Notes under the pieces: generated by a model
Database searches by the model: none
What the model saw: the letters and a program-made list of their open reading frames with translations, nothing else
What the model was told of the DNA's origin: nothing
Position numbers and translations under genes: made by a program
Source: an uncultured Chloroflexia bacterium
Lineage (GTDB): Bacteria > Chloroflexota > Anaerolineae > CG2-30-64-16
Length of the DNA stretch: 64,000 nt
Assembly (NCBI GenBank): GCA_963774265.1
Contig: CAVZDU010000001.1
Coordinates: forward strand, 32,001 to 96,000
Direction: 5' to 3'
Part shown: one piece after another, positions 40,455 through 50,727 of the stretch
Layout of the letters: each line of letters opens with the position of its first letter
Numbering within the stretch: the first letter of the stretch is position 1

Positions 40455-41782
40455 GAATCATAAATCTCGACCAGGCGGTCGATGTGTTGTTCCACCGACA
40501 AGATCGGAGCTGACCCGGGCAAATGAAGGTTCGTCAGCAACTCGGGCTGATCCGCAAGTCGAATGAAAAGCGCAGCGAGAGCTTCTGTGTCGCCCGGTGG
40601 CGTCAGGAACCCATTGACCCCATCTTCCACCACCTCCGGCAGTGCCCCGATCCGCGCCGCAACAACGGGCTTGCCGCGCAGCAGGGCCTCTCGAGCCACC
40701 AGCGAGAAGCTCTCGTGGGCGAGGGAGGGAATCACCAGGACGTCGATTTCGTTGTATGCCCGATCCTTGTCCCCTGGTTGGAACGGACCGGCGAAAATAA
40801 TTCTTTCGTCGCTCGCAGCAAGCTGGCGAAGGGAACGTGAAAAGGCAGGAATGATATCCTCGCGACCGTAAAAGGTAAGCCGGAGCTCCGGGTGTCGCGC
40901 GGCTTTGAATGCGTGGACCAGGACCTCCGACCCCTTCCAGGGCAAGATAGAGCCGACGAACGCAAGGCGCAGCGGTCGGCCCGGCGCGATGCTGGAAGGC
41001 GGCGCCGCCGGCTTTTCCATCCCCAGCGGCAGCACTGCAATGTGGTTACCGCGGTATCCGTTGTCCTGCAGCATCCGCTTGACGAACTGTGACGGTACAA
41101 CGATCCGTCCCGTCCCCTCCAACGCCCGTCGAAACAACTCATAACGTTGGTCCAACACCTTGGGTGTGGCCTGCATGTCGGGAAGGAAGTAATCATCCTT
41201 TGTAAGAAGGCGTCGCAGCCACGTGCGCAGTCTGAAGGGAACCACATTGCGTAATGTTGAAATGGCAACGGTACGCGCGTGTTTGGCCGGCGTGGGGGAG
41301 GTAATGCAGGTATAGCATTGGCCACCCCTCGCCGGCCCTGGGCAGGCCTGCTTGAGCCAGTTATGGAGGTAAATCCGTTGACACAGGGCCCAGAAGTCGT
41401 GCGCGGTGAACAGGCTCGGAATGCCGCGCGCGGCGGTGATGAGTGGCAGCCGCGCCGAAAGCGCTATCAGGTGGTTGAAATGCACCAGGTCAGGCTGCAA
41501 CCGATCCAGCAGGGTGCTAAAAACCTGCTCGATCTGAGGGTCGGCGAAGATATCGGCAAACGAATGAATCTTCCTGTAATTGTTGACGAGCCGAAACAGC
41601 GCAATCTCGTCCATGCGTTCTTCAAGGAGTTCGTAGTCTGCTTGGTCCGGCTGACCCTGGGCACACATGACAGATACGGTGTTTCCTCGTGCCTGCAATG
41701 ACTGCGCCAGGCCAGCCGTATAGACTTCGACCCCTCCAATCGCATAGGGTGGATAACCGTTTGCCACCAACAATATTTTCAA
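40433..41782 (-). CDS. GT4 glycosyltransferase
   Basis: GGVE, TAHDFW, WKG, ESFSLVAREA (EX7E), DGVNG. Confidence 0.93.
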   Translation of the reverse strand: MKILLVANGYPPYAIGGVEVYTAGLAQSLQARGNTVSVMCAQGQPDQADYELLEERMDEIALFRLVNNYRKIHSFADIFADPQIEQVFSTLLDRLQPDLVHFNHLIALSARLPLITAARGIPSLFTAHDFWALCQRIYLHNWLKQACPGPARGGQCYTCITSPTPAKHARTVAISTLRNVVPFRLRTWLRRLLTKDDYFLPDMQATPKVLDQRYELFRRALEGTGRIVVPSQFVKRMLQDNGYRGNHIAVLPLGMEKPAAPPSSIAPGRPLRLAFVGSILPWKGSEVLVHAFKAARHPELRLTFYGREDIIPAFSRSLRQLAASDERIIFAGPFQPGDKDRAYNEIDVLVIPSLAHESFSLVAREALLRGKPVVAARIGALPEVVEDGVNGFLTPPGDTEALAALFIRLADQPELLTNLHLPGSAPILSVEQHIDRLVEIYDSCLSSQS

Positions 41783-41786
41783 CTGC

Positions 41787-43292
41787 TCAGCGCCTCACGA
41801 ACGGGGCAAAAACTACCGCCTTAGGATTGATAACCGTAATGGGTAAGCCTGTCGAGCCTGCGCGCACTGTAACGGTGCGAGTGCCCGGCTTCAGCGTTGC
41901 ATCCGCAGTCAACTTGATCGTCGAAATACCCCAGGGTGGGTTCATCGTCGAAGGACTGACCGTCCCCCGCACCCCCGAGGGCAGCTCCAGGGCGATTGAT
42001 GTTTGCGCCGATAACCCATAGCCCTGCAATGTAACGGTTGTCGATGCGCCTGGACGGAGCAGAACGACGCTGCTGCTGAGTATAAACGGCTGACTCGGAT
42101 TCGAACAAAGGGCGTAGGGTGGTGTAGCCTGCGCCACGGTGGGCAGCCCGTTTGTGTATGTACTCGTGCGAACGGTGTTCACATAAGCGTCGGTGATCTT
42201 GCGTCCCGCATCACCCGGCAGCGGCTGCACACCGGTGCAGCCTCCGCTATTCTGACAGTCCTGTCCACCCGTGGTCACTCGGAAGTCCGCGTTGCCACGG
42301 CTACCATACGCGAAATCGTTGAACCAGACAATTCCCCGCACAAATGGATAGTCAGCCAACTTGGTGTACAGGTTCGTGATCCAGGCAGCCTTAGCAGAAC
42401 CGCTCCCATCCTGATCGACGGATCCGATTTCCGAGATAATCACCGGTTTAGCATAGCGACATGCCAGATCGCGGAGGACGCCATCATACAACACCTCGAA
42501 GCTTTCCCAGGGTCGATCGCGCCAACTATACCAATTGTACCCGCTAAGACCGATCCAATCAACATAGGCGTCTCCGGGATAGTAGTTGTGAAGGCTATTC
42601 CAGGCTTCGTCTGGGTTGCTGGCGTAGTTCGGTGACCATATCCACTCGACGTTGTTGGCGCCCACCTCACGGAAGAGGTTCCGGACGCGCTGGAACATGG
42701 CAACATAGGATCCTGCATCCAGTCCATACCGTCCCGGCCACCACGCCACGTCGCTGATGTTCATTTCATGAGCGAAACGGATGATGAAGCGTTCCGGGCG
42801 CGCTTTGAGGGCCCGTGCATAGCTGCGAATATAACCATCGCAGCGCCCCGCGTTTACGGCGCGCAACGGCCCTTGCCCGTCATTGAAACCCAAGTCGCAT
42901 CCAGAGCTGTTAGCCGTGGGTTCCCATGCCAGGAGGATTGTCGGTCGACGTCCTTCCGGTACTTTGTTCAGAATATCATCGAGCAGGAATGGATCGAATG
43001 CAGACCAAGGGGTGAAGAAGGCGACAATCGCAAGATCCTTGCCGACCAGGCCATTGTAGGCCATGACCTCGTTGCCGTAGGAGTACCAATTGCCGTTGCC
43101 GTAATCGACAAACACAGGCCGCAGATGGGCGCCGTGTGCGATGCCAAGCACGCCCGCAACTGGGACGGCATCCGGACTCTCGGATTGAGGAATATCCTGT
43201 GCAAATCCCACGAGAGAGCTCGTGATGAAAAGCACTATAATTTGAGTCAACAGTAGGTAGAAGGCGCGAACGCGCCTGTTTTGGCCAGTCAT
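41787..43292 (-). CDS. Secreted GH26 (beta-mannanase-like) hydrolase with Ig-like tail and C-terminal VFAPFVRR motif
   Basis: Signal peptide; RFAHEMN, WSPN, YYPGDAYVDWIGLSGYN, KPVIISEIG. Confidence 0.9.
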   Translation of the reverse strand: MTGQNRRVRAFYLLLTQIIVLFITSSLVGFAQDIPQSESPDAVPVAGVLGIAHGAHLRPVFVDYGNGNWYSYGNEVMAYNGLVGKDLAIVAFFTPWSAFDPFLLDDILNKVPEGRRPTILLAWEPTANSSGCDLGFNDGQGPLRAVNAGRCDGYIRSYARALKARPERFIIRFAHEMNISDVAWWPGRYGLDAGSYVAMFQRVRNLFREVGANNVEWIWSPNYASNPDEAWNSLHNYYPGDAYVDWIGLSGYNWYSWRDRPWESFEVLYDGVLRDLACRYAKPVIISEIGSVDQDGSGSAKAAWITNLYTKLADYPFVRGIVWFNDFAYGSRGNADFRVTTGGQDCQNSGGCTGVQPLPGDAGRKITDAYVNTVRTSTYTNGLPTVAQATPPYALCSNPSQPFILSSSVVLLRPGASTTVTLQGYGLSAQTSIALELPSGVRGTVSPSTMNPPWGISTIKLTADATLKPGTRTVTVRAGSTGLPITVINPKAVVFAPFVRR

Positions 43293-43319
43293 GAAAACCT
43301 CGCTGGTTTTGGTTACTTA

Positions 43320-44333
43320 CTACTGGGCGTCGGTATGCGTGCGAAGTCGCTCCTGGCGAGAGAGACCCCGGCGAAGGGTAACGGGCAGCCGGTGCAACTC
43401 GGCTCCCACAAAAGTCCCCAGCGCTGAAGCCAGATGCCAGGAGGGGCTATGTGCCATCCAGAAGAGTCTACGCCCCAGTGACTGATGTTTGAAAGGCTCT
43501 ATCGTGTAGGTGAAGCGCCAATCCGCCAGCACCTGCCTCGGGATACCGGCAAAGAGCCGCAACCAGTTGCGCCATCCGTGATAGACGTTACCGGGGAACA
43601 ACTCTTTCATCCCGGCAGCGTGGTCCACATTCTGCCGAAACTGTTCCAGAACGGGATAGTCGTGCGAGTGCACAACAGCCGAAGCAGGTTCGAATACCAG
43701 GCGATAACCCGTCTGGAGCGCTCGGTCGGCCCAGTCCGCGTCTTCTGCGAAATCGACAGCCCGAAATGGAACCTGCGCCCAAGCGCTGCGCCGCAGAGCC
43801 GAACTTGTATCAGAAAAGTAAACGTAATACAACTTGTCTCGTTGGTAAAGTTGCCTATCATCCGGCATGGCTTTGACCAGTCGCTCGTGACCCCCCGTTT
43901 GCCAAACGGTCAGCAATTGACGGGCGAGTGCTGGGGCGGCGTCAGGCCGTGGGATATGCCGGCTGAAAACGCCACCCACGGCCGGGTCCTCCTGCATTGG
44001 TCGTATCAGATGCGCCAGCCACAGTTCATTTGCTGGCGTTGCGTCTTGCGTCAGGTAGACAAGATACTGCGAATCCGGGTAAGCCAGTTTTGCCCCCAGA
44101 TTACGCGTCTCCCCGTGATTGAACTCCTCCGGCGGAATCTCGTGCAGTTGGAGAGGAAACCTCCGCAAGACTTCCTTCGACCGGTCTCCCGACCCTGAGT
44201 CGATTGCGATGACTTCGAACGGGCCGGCGTCGCGCTGTGCAAAAACGCTGTTAAGCAACTCTCCAAGGTAGCGTTCCCCATTCTTGACGAGGATGATGAT
44301 TGAAGAGGTTGGGAGATGTTCCAAGTCCTTCAC
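43320..44333 (-). CDS. GT2 glycosyltransferase (rhamnosyltransferase-like)
   Basis: IDSGSGD, FNHGETRN, LTQDA, FAED, VVHSHDY; GTG start overlaps the upstream stop. Confidence 0.9.
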   Translation of the reverse strand: MKDLEHLPTSSIIILVKNGERYLGELLNSVFAQRDAGPFEVIAIDSGSGDRSKEVLRRFPLQLHEIPPEEFNHGETRNLGAKLAYPDSQYLVYLTQDATPANELWLAHLIRPMQEDPAVGGVFSRHIPRPDAAPALARQLLTVWQTGGHERLVKAMPDDRQLYQRDKLYYVYFSDTSSALRRSAWAQVPFRAVDFAEDADWADRALQTGYRLVFEPASAVVHSHDYPVLEQFRQNVDHAAGMKELFPGNVYHGWRNWLRLFAGIPRQVLADWRFTYTIEPFKHQSLGRRLFWMAHSPSWHLASALGTFVGAELHRLPVTLRRGLSRQERLRTHTDAQ

Positions 44334-45436
44334 CCTCTGCCAACCATGCTGCTTTCGAGGGCCCCCAGCCACAAGGTCGCTCCCTGCGCCAACGTCCTCT
44401 TTTCGTATAAGTAGCGTTGCGCCGCGTAGGCAATCACACGTGCCTGAGCCGGGTGCGTGATGAGATGCACCAGCGCCTCCTCCCAGGCGTCCGCGTTGTT
44501 ATCGACGAGCCACCCTGTCACACCCTGCTGAACGCTCGAAGTATACGCCGGCACCCGGCTGAAAACGCCTGCAGCACCGATCGCCGCATAATCCAGGAAC
44601 TTGATATCCGATTTGTAACCGTTGAAAGTTGTGGCCACAAGGGGCGCGAGCGCGATGTCCCAGCGGCACGATGCGCAGAACCAGGGCAGAAAGGCCGGGT
44701 ATTCCGCGAAAACCGGTCCAGGGTTGCGTTCATAGCATGGCATACCGTAGAAATGCGACCAGGTCTCAATACGGGTGGCAACCCCCACGATCTCGATGCG
44801 AATCTGTCCCTCGTATCGCTTGCAGATGGAACGCAGGGCCGGCACGATCAGGTGCAAATCATCATCGTGCGTCCGCGTCCCCATGTAACCGATGGTCACA
44901 GATGTGTCCTGGATGCTTCGTTGCCGCCAGGCGGATATCCAGGTGCGATAGTCTTCGACCAGCGCGCTCCTGGAAGGAGTCAACAGGCGCTCGTCAAGGT
45001 AATTGGGGATAACCAGGACGTGTGGGTTGAACTCCTGCAGTGCACTTCTGAGTGCGTCGGTACTCACAATGATTTGATCCGCGCTCCGCAGGAAGACATT
45101 CAGCGCATCCAATCGCGGCTGCGTCAGGTGGAAGTCCTTGCGCTCGCTCTGCAGTGCAATCAGATTGTCATCCAGGCTGTAAAAGAGCCGTGCTCCCCCG
45201 CGCCGCACCTGGTCGATCAACTCGCTGGCCACTTCAAACGATACATCGGGGCGCCACAGTCTATCCACTACGACCACGTCCACCCGGTCCATGCACAGTT
45301 CTCGCCCAGCCGACACACGCACCCAGGGCTGTAGACTGGGGTGGGTCAATGGTCTCAACAGGCGGGCGTGCGAATGGGAATATGGAAGGCCGTCGTGGCC
45401 ATGTTCGTACAGGACGTGCAGGCGACAAGGTCTCAT
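44330..45436 (-). CDS. GT-B fold glycosyltransferase
   Basis: SLDDNL, IGYMGTRTHDDDL, WDIALAPL...FNGYKSDIKFLDYAA. Confidence 0.88.
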   Translation of the reverse strand: MRPCRLHVLYEHGHDGLPYSHSHARLLRPLTHPSLQPWVRVSAGRELCMDRVDVVVVDRLWRPDVSFEVASELIDQVRRGGARLFYSLDDNLIALQSERKDFHLTQPRLDALNVFLRSADQIIVSTDALRSALQEFNPHVLVIPNYLDERLLTPSRSALVEDYRTWISAWRQRSIQDTSVTIGYMGTRTHDDDLHLIVPALRSICKRYEGQIRIEIVGVATRIETWSHFYGMPCYERNPGPVFAEYPAFLPWFCASCRWDIALAPLVATTFNGYKSDIKFLDYAAIGAAGVFSRVPAYTSSVQQGVTGWLVDNNADAWEEALVHLITHPAQARVIAYAAQRYLYEKRTLAQGATLWLGALESSMVGRG

Positions 45437-45535
45437 GTGAGCTCTCGTGCATAATTGAACGAGATCCTCATGGTTTCCAACGCATCGAGCATCAAAAGGA
45501 AACGGTCCACGCGCAACACATCCATGGATTTAGCA

Positions 45536-48500
45536 TCAGGCGAAGAGCGTCTGGAGGATATTGTATGTCGGAAGCTCGGGGTGGTAGGCGCACACTTCGG
45601 CCGTGCCTGCCTTCTGCAGGCGCTGCCTGAGGCTATGATCCTCCACCAGCCGCGTGAGTGCGGCCGTGCACGCGTCAGCCGAACCAGTATCGACCACCAG
45701 GCAGTTGTGATTGTGCCTGGCAAACGCGCTCGTGCCGCCCGCCTCCGGAACAATCACCGCCGCTCCGCTCGACATTGCTTCTTGGGCGGTGATCCCCAGC
45801 GCTTGAAAGGTGGAGAAATCCACAAAAATGTCGACCTCGTTCAGAAAGGACGCGACCTGGCGTTGGTTGAGGGCGCCAGCGAGGCGCCAATTGAAGTCCC
45901 TGGGCAGTTCAAGGAATCCGGGCTCCAGCGGATTCGTGCCGAAAAGGCGAATTTCGACGCGTGCGCCGAATTTGTGCTCGACCACGCGCAACACTTCCAT
46001 CGTCAATCTGGGCGCACGATGCGGCGTCATCGGACGAATCATTGCCGCAACCCGGAGAGGACGATCCGGCCACTCCGGAAGGGCACGTGGTCGCGGGCCG
46101 GAAGAGGGTGGCATTGTAGCAAGGGCCTACCAGCCCACACTCCATGCCCGTGTTGCTGATCACCTCGTTCCGAATCCACTCGGTGGTCGCAAATCGCACC
46201 ATTTGGGGAATGACCGAATACGAGGCCCAGGCAAGTTTGTAATCTGCGCTGGTGGGCTGATAAAAGTAGGGTTCGAAATCCTGAATGAAGTAACCGAGAA
46301 CAGTCAGCGGGGCCTGGGTGGCCAGCGGCAGCAACCAGAATGCACTGACATTGGCCGTGGCAATGACGGCGTCATACTGTGGACCGAGGCGACCCACGTC
46401 CTCGGGTTGTCCATAGAAAACGGGGATGTCAAGCCCGGGGTAGATGCGTTCAAAATCCTCGCGGTACTCAGCGAGATTGAATATGCTGACGTCGACGCCC
46501 ATGTCGCGCATGATGGCGGCCTTGGAGACGATCACCGCGCCACCACCGCCCGATGTCCGAACGGGTAGGACCCAGAGGACTTTGCGGCCACCGAAATTCT
46601 CCCGGCCCTGGCGCAACAGGGCTTCCTTTTGAGGCAGGACCGCCGCGTGCCCACGAATCCCTTCCAGCACACGATCGCCAGCGAGAAAATCTACGCCGGC
46701 CTGCACGCTGCGAGCTCCATGCTTCCGCTTAAGCGTCTCGTTGGCTCGATCGCATAATGCCCGTCGTTTCTCGTCGCTGTAGCTCTTCGAGCCAGCGTGA
46801 TAGACGTAAGTATCGTCGGCCAGTGCCAGCAACCAGCCACTTTTCCGCGCACGGAGGCAGTAATCATTCTCCTCGCCGTATCCAGCGCCGAAACACTCTT
46901 CGTCGAGGTAGCCGGTGTTGTCGATCACTTGCCGCCGGATCAGCAGGCAGAAACCATTGAGGAACGGCAAGCGCGGATACGACCGGGCAGAGTAGCGGGC
47001 AACGGTCTCGGCCATCGCGGTTACGGTAAGACCTTCGGGAAGCAGGTTATTAGCCCAATCAGCGCCGTCATACACCTGCGGAATTGACTGCCAGGTCGCG
47101 GCATTGGACAGCGGACCGACGATGCCTATCTGCGCGTCTGAAACCATGCACGCCACGAGGCGGTCAAGCCAGCCGGGGCCGACAACAGTGTCGCTGTTCA
47201 ACAGCAGGACGAAGTCAGCCGTTGAATGCTGCAAGCCCTGGTTCGCCGCGCGGGTATATCCGCGCGGCTGTTCATTCCGAATCAGCAGGAAGCCCGATGT
47301 TTGCGCCGATTCAGTGAGATAATCTGCGGTCGGTGCGTCACTGCCATCATCGACCAGGATGACCCGGTAGGGCGGCGAACTGTAAGACTGCAGTGACTCC
47401 AGACAAAGCTTCACGTCGTCCAGCGCGTTATGAACACAAATAACGATATCAACTACTGCCGCATGGGGAGGAATGGAGGGTGGCGCCGGCACATCATGGA
47501 TCACCAGTTCCGAGGCGCCCTTTGCAGTGCTTGTTTTCCAGCGCGCCTTACGCCACAGTGCCCCCAGCTGTTGATCGACCTCGTAGCGCAGGCGGTGGCC
47601 GTGGACATGCAGCGCCTCACGGTTGTGCAGCCGGATCAGCTGCCAGGCAGCATCCAGGATCTGGTCACGCGAGCTGCGGGGAGGAGCGATCGAGTTGCGT
47701 GCTCGCTGCAGAGTGCGAACGAACGCGTATCCGGGCGTACTCTCAAGCTCACTCCAGCGCTGGTGCCAACGGCGCAACTCCTGGTCCTGCTCAGTCAGTT
47801 CCCCGGTCACATCGCTCAGCGCCTGAGCCAACTCATCCGCCGGTCTTTCGTTCAGCCGCACTGAAGAGGCTGGCGTGGATTTGACAGCGCCTCCCGAGGG
47901 TTGCCGTAGTTCCAAAGCAAGGGCGCGCAGGTCGCGGTTTTCCTTACGCAGCACCCAGTAGCCGCGCTCATAATCGCGGATGATGCGATGCAACGGTTCC
48001 TGGCGCCGTCTGAGCCGAACCGCCCATTCTGTGATGAACGAGGCATCAAAATCCACATCGCGATAAAAGCCCTGCTGTGCAAACAACTCAGCCCAGTATT
48101 CCGGCGGCTGCACATTGAAATGGGTGACCTCTTTGTAATCGAAAGGGGTGGAGGAAAAGAGAATGTCGTCCGTGAAAAGACACAGATTCGCGATCGCTGC
48201 CCGCGCTTCATCCGCTCGCATGTGTTCCAGAACTTCAATTGAGACGATCAGATCGTAGCGCCGAGGCAGGGGCTCGGCAATCGAGCCTTTTTCGCAGTAG
48301 GGCCGGATAGAGGGGTGGACATTATCGATGGCAAAGGCAGAGACATCCCGGCCGTAGGCCTCCACGCCTCTACCCCGCAACCCTTCTACCAGAAAGCCGA
48401 GCGCGCAACCGGCATCCAACACACTCTGCGGACCGATATCAGCAATGATGCGGTCGGCAATACCTCGAAAGAATGCTAACCATTCTTCGTCACGTTCATA

Positions 48501-48566
48501 TTTGCGACCGCACCCGGTCGCGTAGTAGCGCGCATCGAACACCTCGGCCGGGGTCACTTCCGTCAT
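45536..48566 (-). CDS. Multidomain SAM-methyltransferase - coiled coil - GT2 - GT4-like protein; apparent +1 frameshift near 46096
   Basis: VLDAGCALG and EVLEH (methyltransferase); heptad region; DIVICVHN, VDDGS, LLNSD, GYGEEND (GT2); SGGG, YFIQDFE, then after the shift QALGITAQEAM (GT4). Confidence 0.88.
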
Positions 48567-49867
48567 CCTGACTCGGCCTCCATCGCGATCAGCGGCTTGT
48601 TTGGAGTAAGCTCTGCCGTCCAGGTTCCACCCAACGTCACAACGCCGTAGCGCTCGCGAGCGCGCTCCGGCGACACGCGGAAAGAGTAAACCCGATCGTG
48701 GTAATCGTACACTTCGCTATCGGCGCTATCGACGGCAGCAACCGATACCAGATAGAGGCCTTCAAGCAGCGGCAATTTGGGAATCCGGTACACAACCTGA
48801 CCGTCGCCTTGAGTGGCCGGGATGTGCAACCCATCAAACTGCGTATTGGGGCCGCACACATGAACGCCGTTCTGATGGTGGATGGCAAGGCCGAAGACAG
48901 GCTCATGCCCACCCTCACGGATGGTGTACGAAAGCCGGATTTCCATCGGAGAACCGGTGAAAAACACCTTGCGCTCCTGCCCATCCTTGTCGCACAGCTC
49001 GATGCGTGTCACCTCCACACGGCCTGAACCCCACCGCCGGCCTTCGCCCGGTGCAGCCAGAGGTAGGGTGCCCGCTTTCGCCTGCGCTTCATCGGCCACG
49101 TGGTTGATGTAGGCCATCGCCACGTCCAACGGACCGCCCGCGGCCCGCACCCCGCCGTGATCCAGCCAAATGGCTCGGTTGCAGAGCGCCTGAATCGAGG
49201 AAATGTCGTGGGATACAAAAAGGAGTGTTCCGCCGTCGGAGCGGAACTGCTGGATGCTATCCAGACACTTATGCTGGAATGAAACGTCACCCACCGCCAG
49301 TACTTCATCCACCAGCAGGATATCCGGATCACTATGGATCGCAACGGCAAATCCCAGCCGCACGTACATACCCGACGAATAGTGCTTGATCGGGACATCG
49401 ATGAAGTCCCCAAGTTCAGCGTAGTCGATAATTTGATCGATGCGGTCCCGCATCTGACGCCGGCTCAAACCATACACCGAGCCGTTGAGAAAGATATTCT
49501 CGCGGCCGGTCAGCTCATGATGGAAGCCTGCGCCCAACTCGAGCAGAGAAGCAATGCGACCATTCACGCCGATCTCACCCTGGGTCGGTTCAAGGATGCC
49601 CGTAATGAGCTTGAGAAGAGTACTCTTGCCCGAACCGTTGGGCCCGATCACCCCGAAGCAGTCGCCTCGCTGCACGTCAAATGACACATCCTGGATCGCC
49701 CAAAACCGCTGCCGGCTGTCCTTTTGACGGTGAAGCAACCGTATGAAAGTGCTTTGAAATGAACGACTCACTTCGCGCCGCAGCGTAAAGCGCTTCGAAA
49801 CATGAGACAGGTGAATAAGCGGCTGATCGTTTGCCGGCGCCGCCCGATGATTGCGGCCAAACATCAT
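48563..49867 (-). CDS. wzt: Polysaccharide ABC exporter ATPase with C-terminal Wzt_C carbohydrate-binding domain
   Basis: GPNGSGKST, LELGAGFH.ELTGREN, YSSGMYVRLGF, VDEVLAVGD; C-terminal RWGSG...L.EG.Y beta domain. Confidence 0.95.
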   Translation of the reverse strand: MMFGRNHRAAPANDQPLIHLSHVSKRFTLRREVSRSFQSTFIRLLHRQKDSRQRFWAIQDVSFDVQRGDCFGVIGPNGSGKSTLLKLITGILEPTQGEIGVNGRIASLLELGAGFHHELTGRENIFLNGSVYGLSRRQMRDRIDQIIDYAELGDFIDVPIKHYSSGMYVRLGFAVAIHSDPDILLVDEVLAVGDVSFQHKCLDSIQQFRSDGGTLLFVSHDISSIQALCNRAIWLDHGGVRAAGGPLDVAMAYINHVADEAQAKAGTLPLAAPGEGRRWGSGRVEVTRIELCDKDGQERKVFFTGSPMEIRLSYTIREGGHEPVFGLAIHHQNGVHVCGPNTQFDGLHIPATQGDGQVVYRIPKLPLLEGLYLVSVAAVDSADSEVYDYHDRVYSFRVSPERARERYGVVTLGGTWTAELTPNKPLIAMEAESG

Positions 49868-50727
49868 AGTTCCTCTCCGAAACGGCTGCTGTAGCGCAAG
49901 AAGAACCAATAGCCGAACCCCAGGACGATCAGCGATGTTGCGGCTGTGCGCAGGAAGAAGTCCATATTGGTGCGATAGCCCCAGTACAGCAAATCCCGAT
50001 ACGCCGCAATAAGCGACGCCAATGGATTCAAAATGTACATCCACCGGTGGATATCCAACGTGATGCCCGCCAACTCAAAGTTGCGCGGCAGGACCTCGAT
50101 GGGATAGAAAATCGGCGTGAGAAAAAACCACGCTTGCAGCACAACGTCCATGATCATTCCCGTATCGCGATAGAAGACGTTAAGTGTGCTCAAGACGAAG
50201 CTCACGCCTAGCACAAAGCAAGTCTCGATCAGGATGACCACCGGCAACAACCAGATATATGGGCTCAGCCGCGTATGGGTTACCACCAAGGCGCCGAAAA
50301 GCACGAGCAGGGCAAGCAGGAAGTTCACCAAATTGGCGAGCACGCTGGCAATGGGCAGCACCTCACGCGGGAAATAGACCTTCTTCAAGAGGTTGCTGTT
50401 ATTAATCAAGCTGTGCATGCCTCCGGTGATGCCCGTAACGAAATATTGCCAGGGCAGGAAGCCGCAAAGAAAGAAAATCGGGAACTTCTCAAGCTGTGTG
50501 TTCGGCACCATTACGGTGAAAACCAGGGTGAACACCAGCATCATCCCGAGAGGGTTAAGGAGGCTCCACAGGAATCCAAGCACGCTGTTCTTGTAGCGCG
50601 CCTTCAGCTCCCTGACCACAAGATTCAAAATGAGCTCGCGGAAGGACCACAATTCCTGTATACGACGATACAACGAGATGCGCCGAACACGGACCGGGCT
50701 CTCGGTAGCGAAGTTGGTTGAACTCAC
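49864..50727 (-). CDS. wzm: Polysaccharide ABC exporter permease
   Basis: RELKARYKNSVLGFLWSLLNPL, KKVYFPRE, VFYRD, FFLTPIFY, NPL. Confidence 0.95.
   Translation of the reverse strand: MSSTNFATESPVRVRRISLYRRIQELWSFRELILNLVVRELKARYKNSVLGFLWSLLNPLGMMLVFTLVFTVMVPNTQLEKFPIFFLCGFLPWQYFVTGITGGMHSLINNSNLLKKVYFPREVLPIASVLANLVNFLLALLVLFGALVVTHTRLSPYIWLLPVVILIETCFVLGVSFVLSTLNVFYRDTGMIMDVVLQAWFFLTPIFYPIEVLPRNFELAGITLDIHRWMYILNPLASLIAAYRDLLYWGYRTNMDFFLRTAATSLIVLGFGYWFFLRYSSRFGEEL

Noticed and set aside
45433-45753. Separate 106-aa ORF or second frameshift at the end of the large glycosyltransferase
   Set aside because: The GT4-like frame ends plausibly at 45536 (NILQTLFA); this ORF is mostly an overlapping alternative frame without motifs.
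39480-50727. LPS O-antigen cluster
   Set aside because: No lipid A, core or outer-membrane genes here and the gene content looks monoderm; a surface glycoprotein or wall-polymer glycan fits better, though this cannot be proven from the window.
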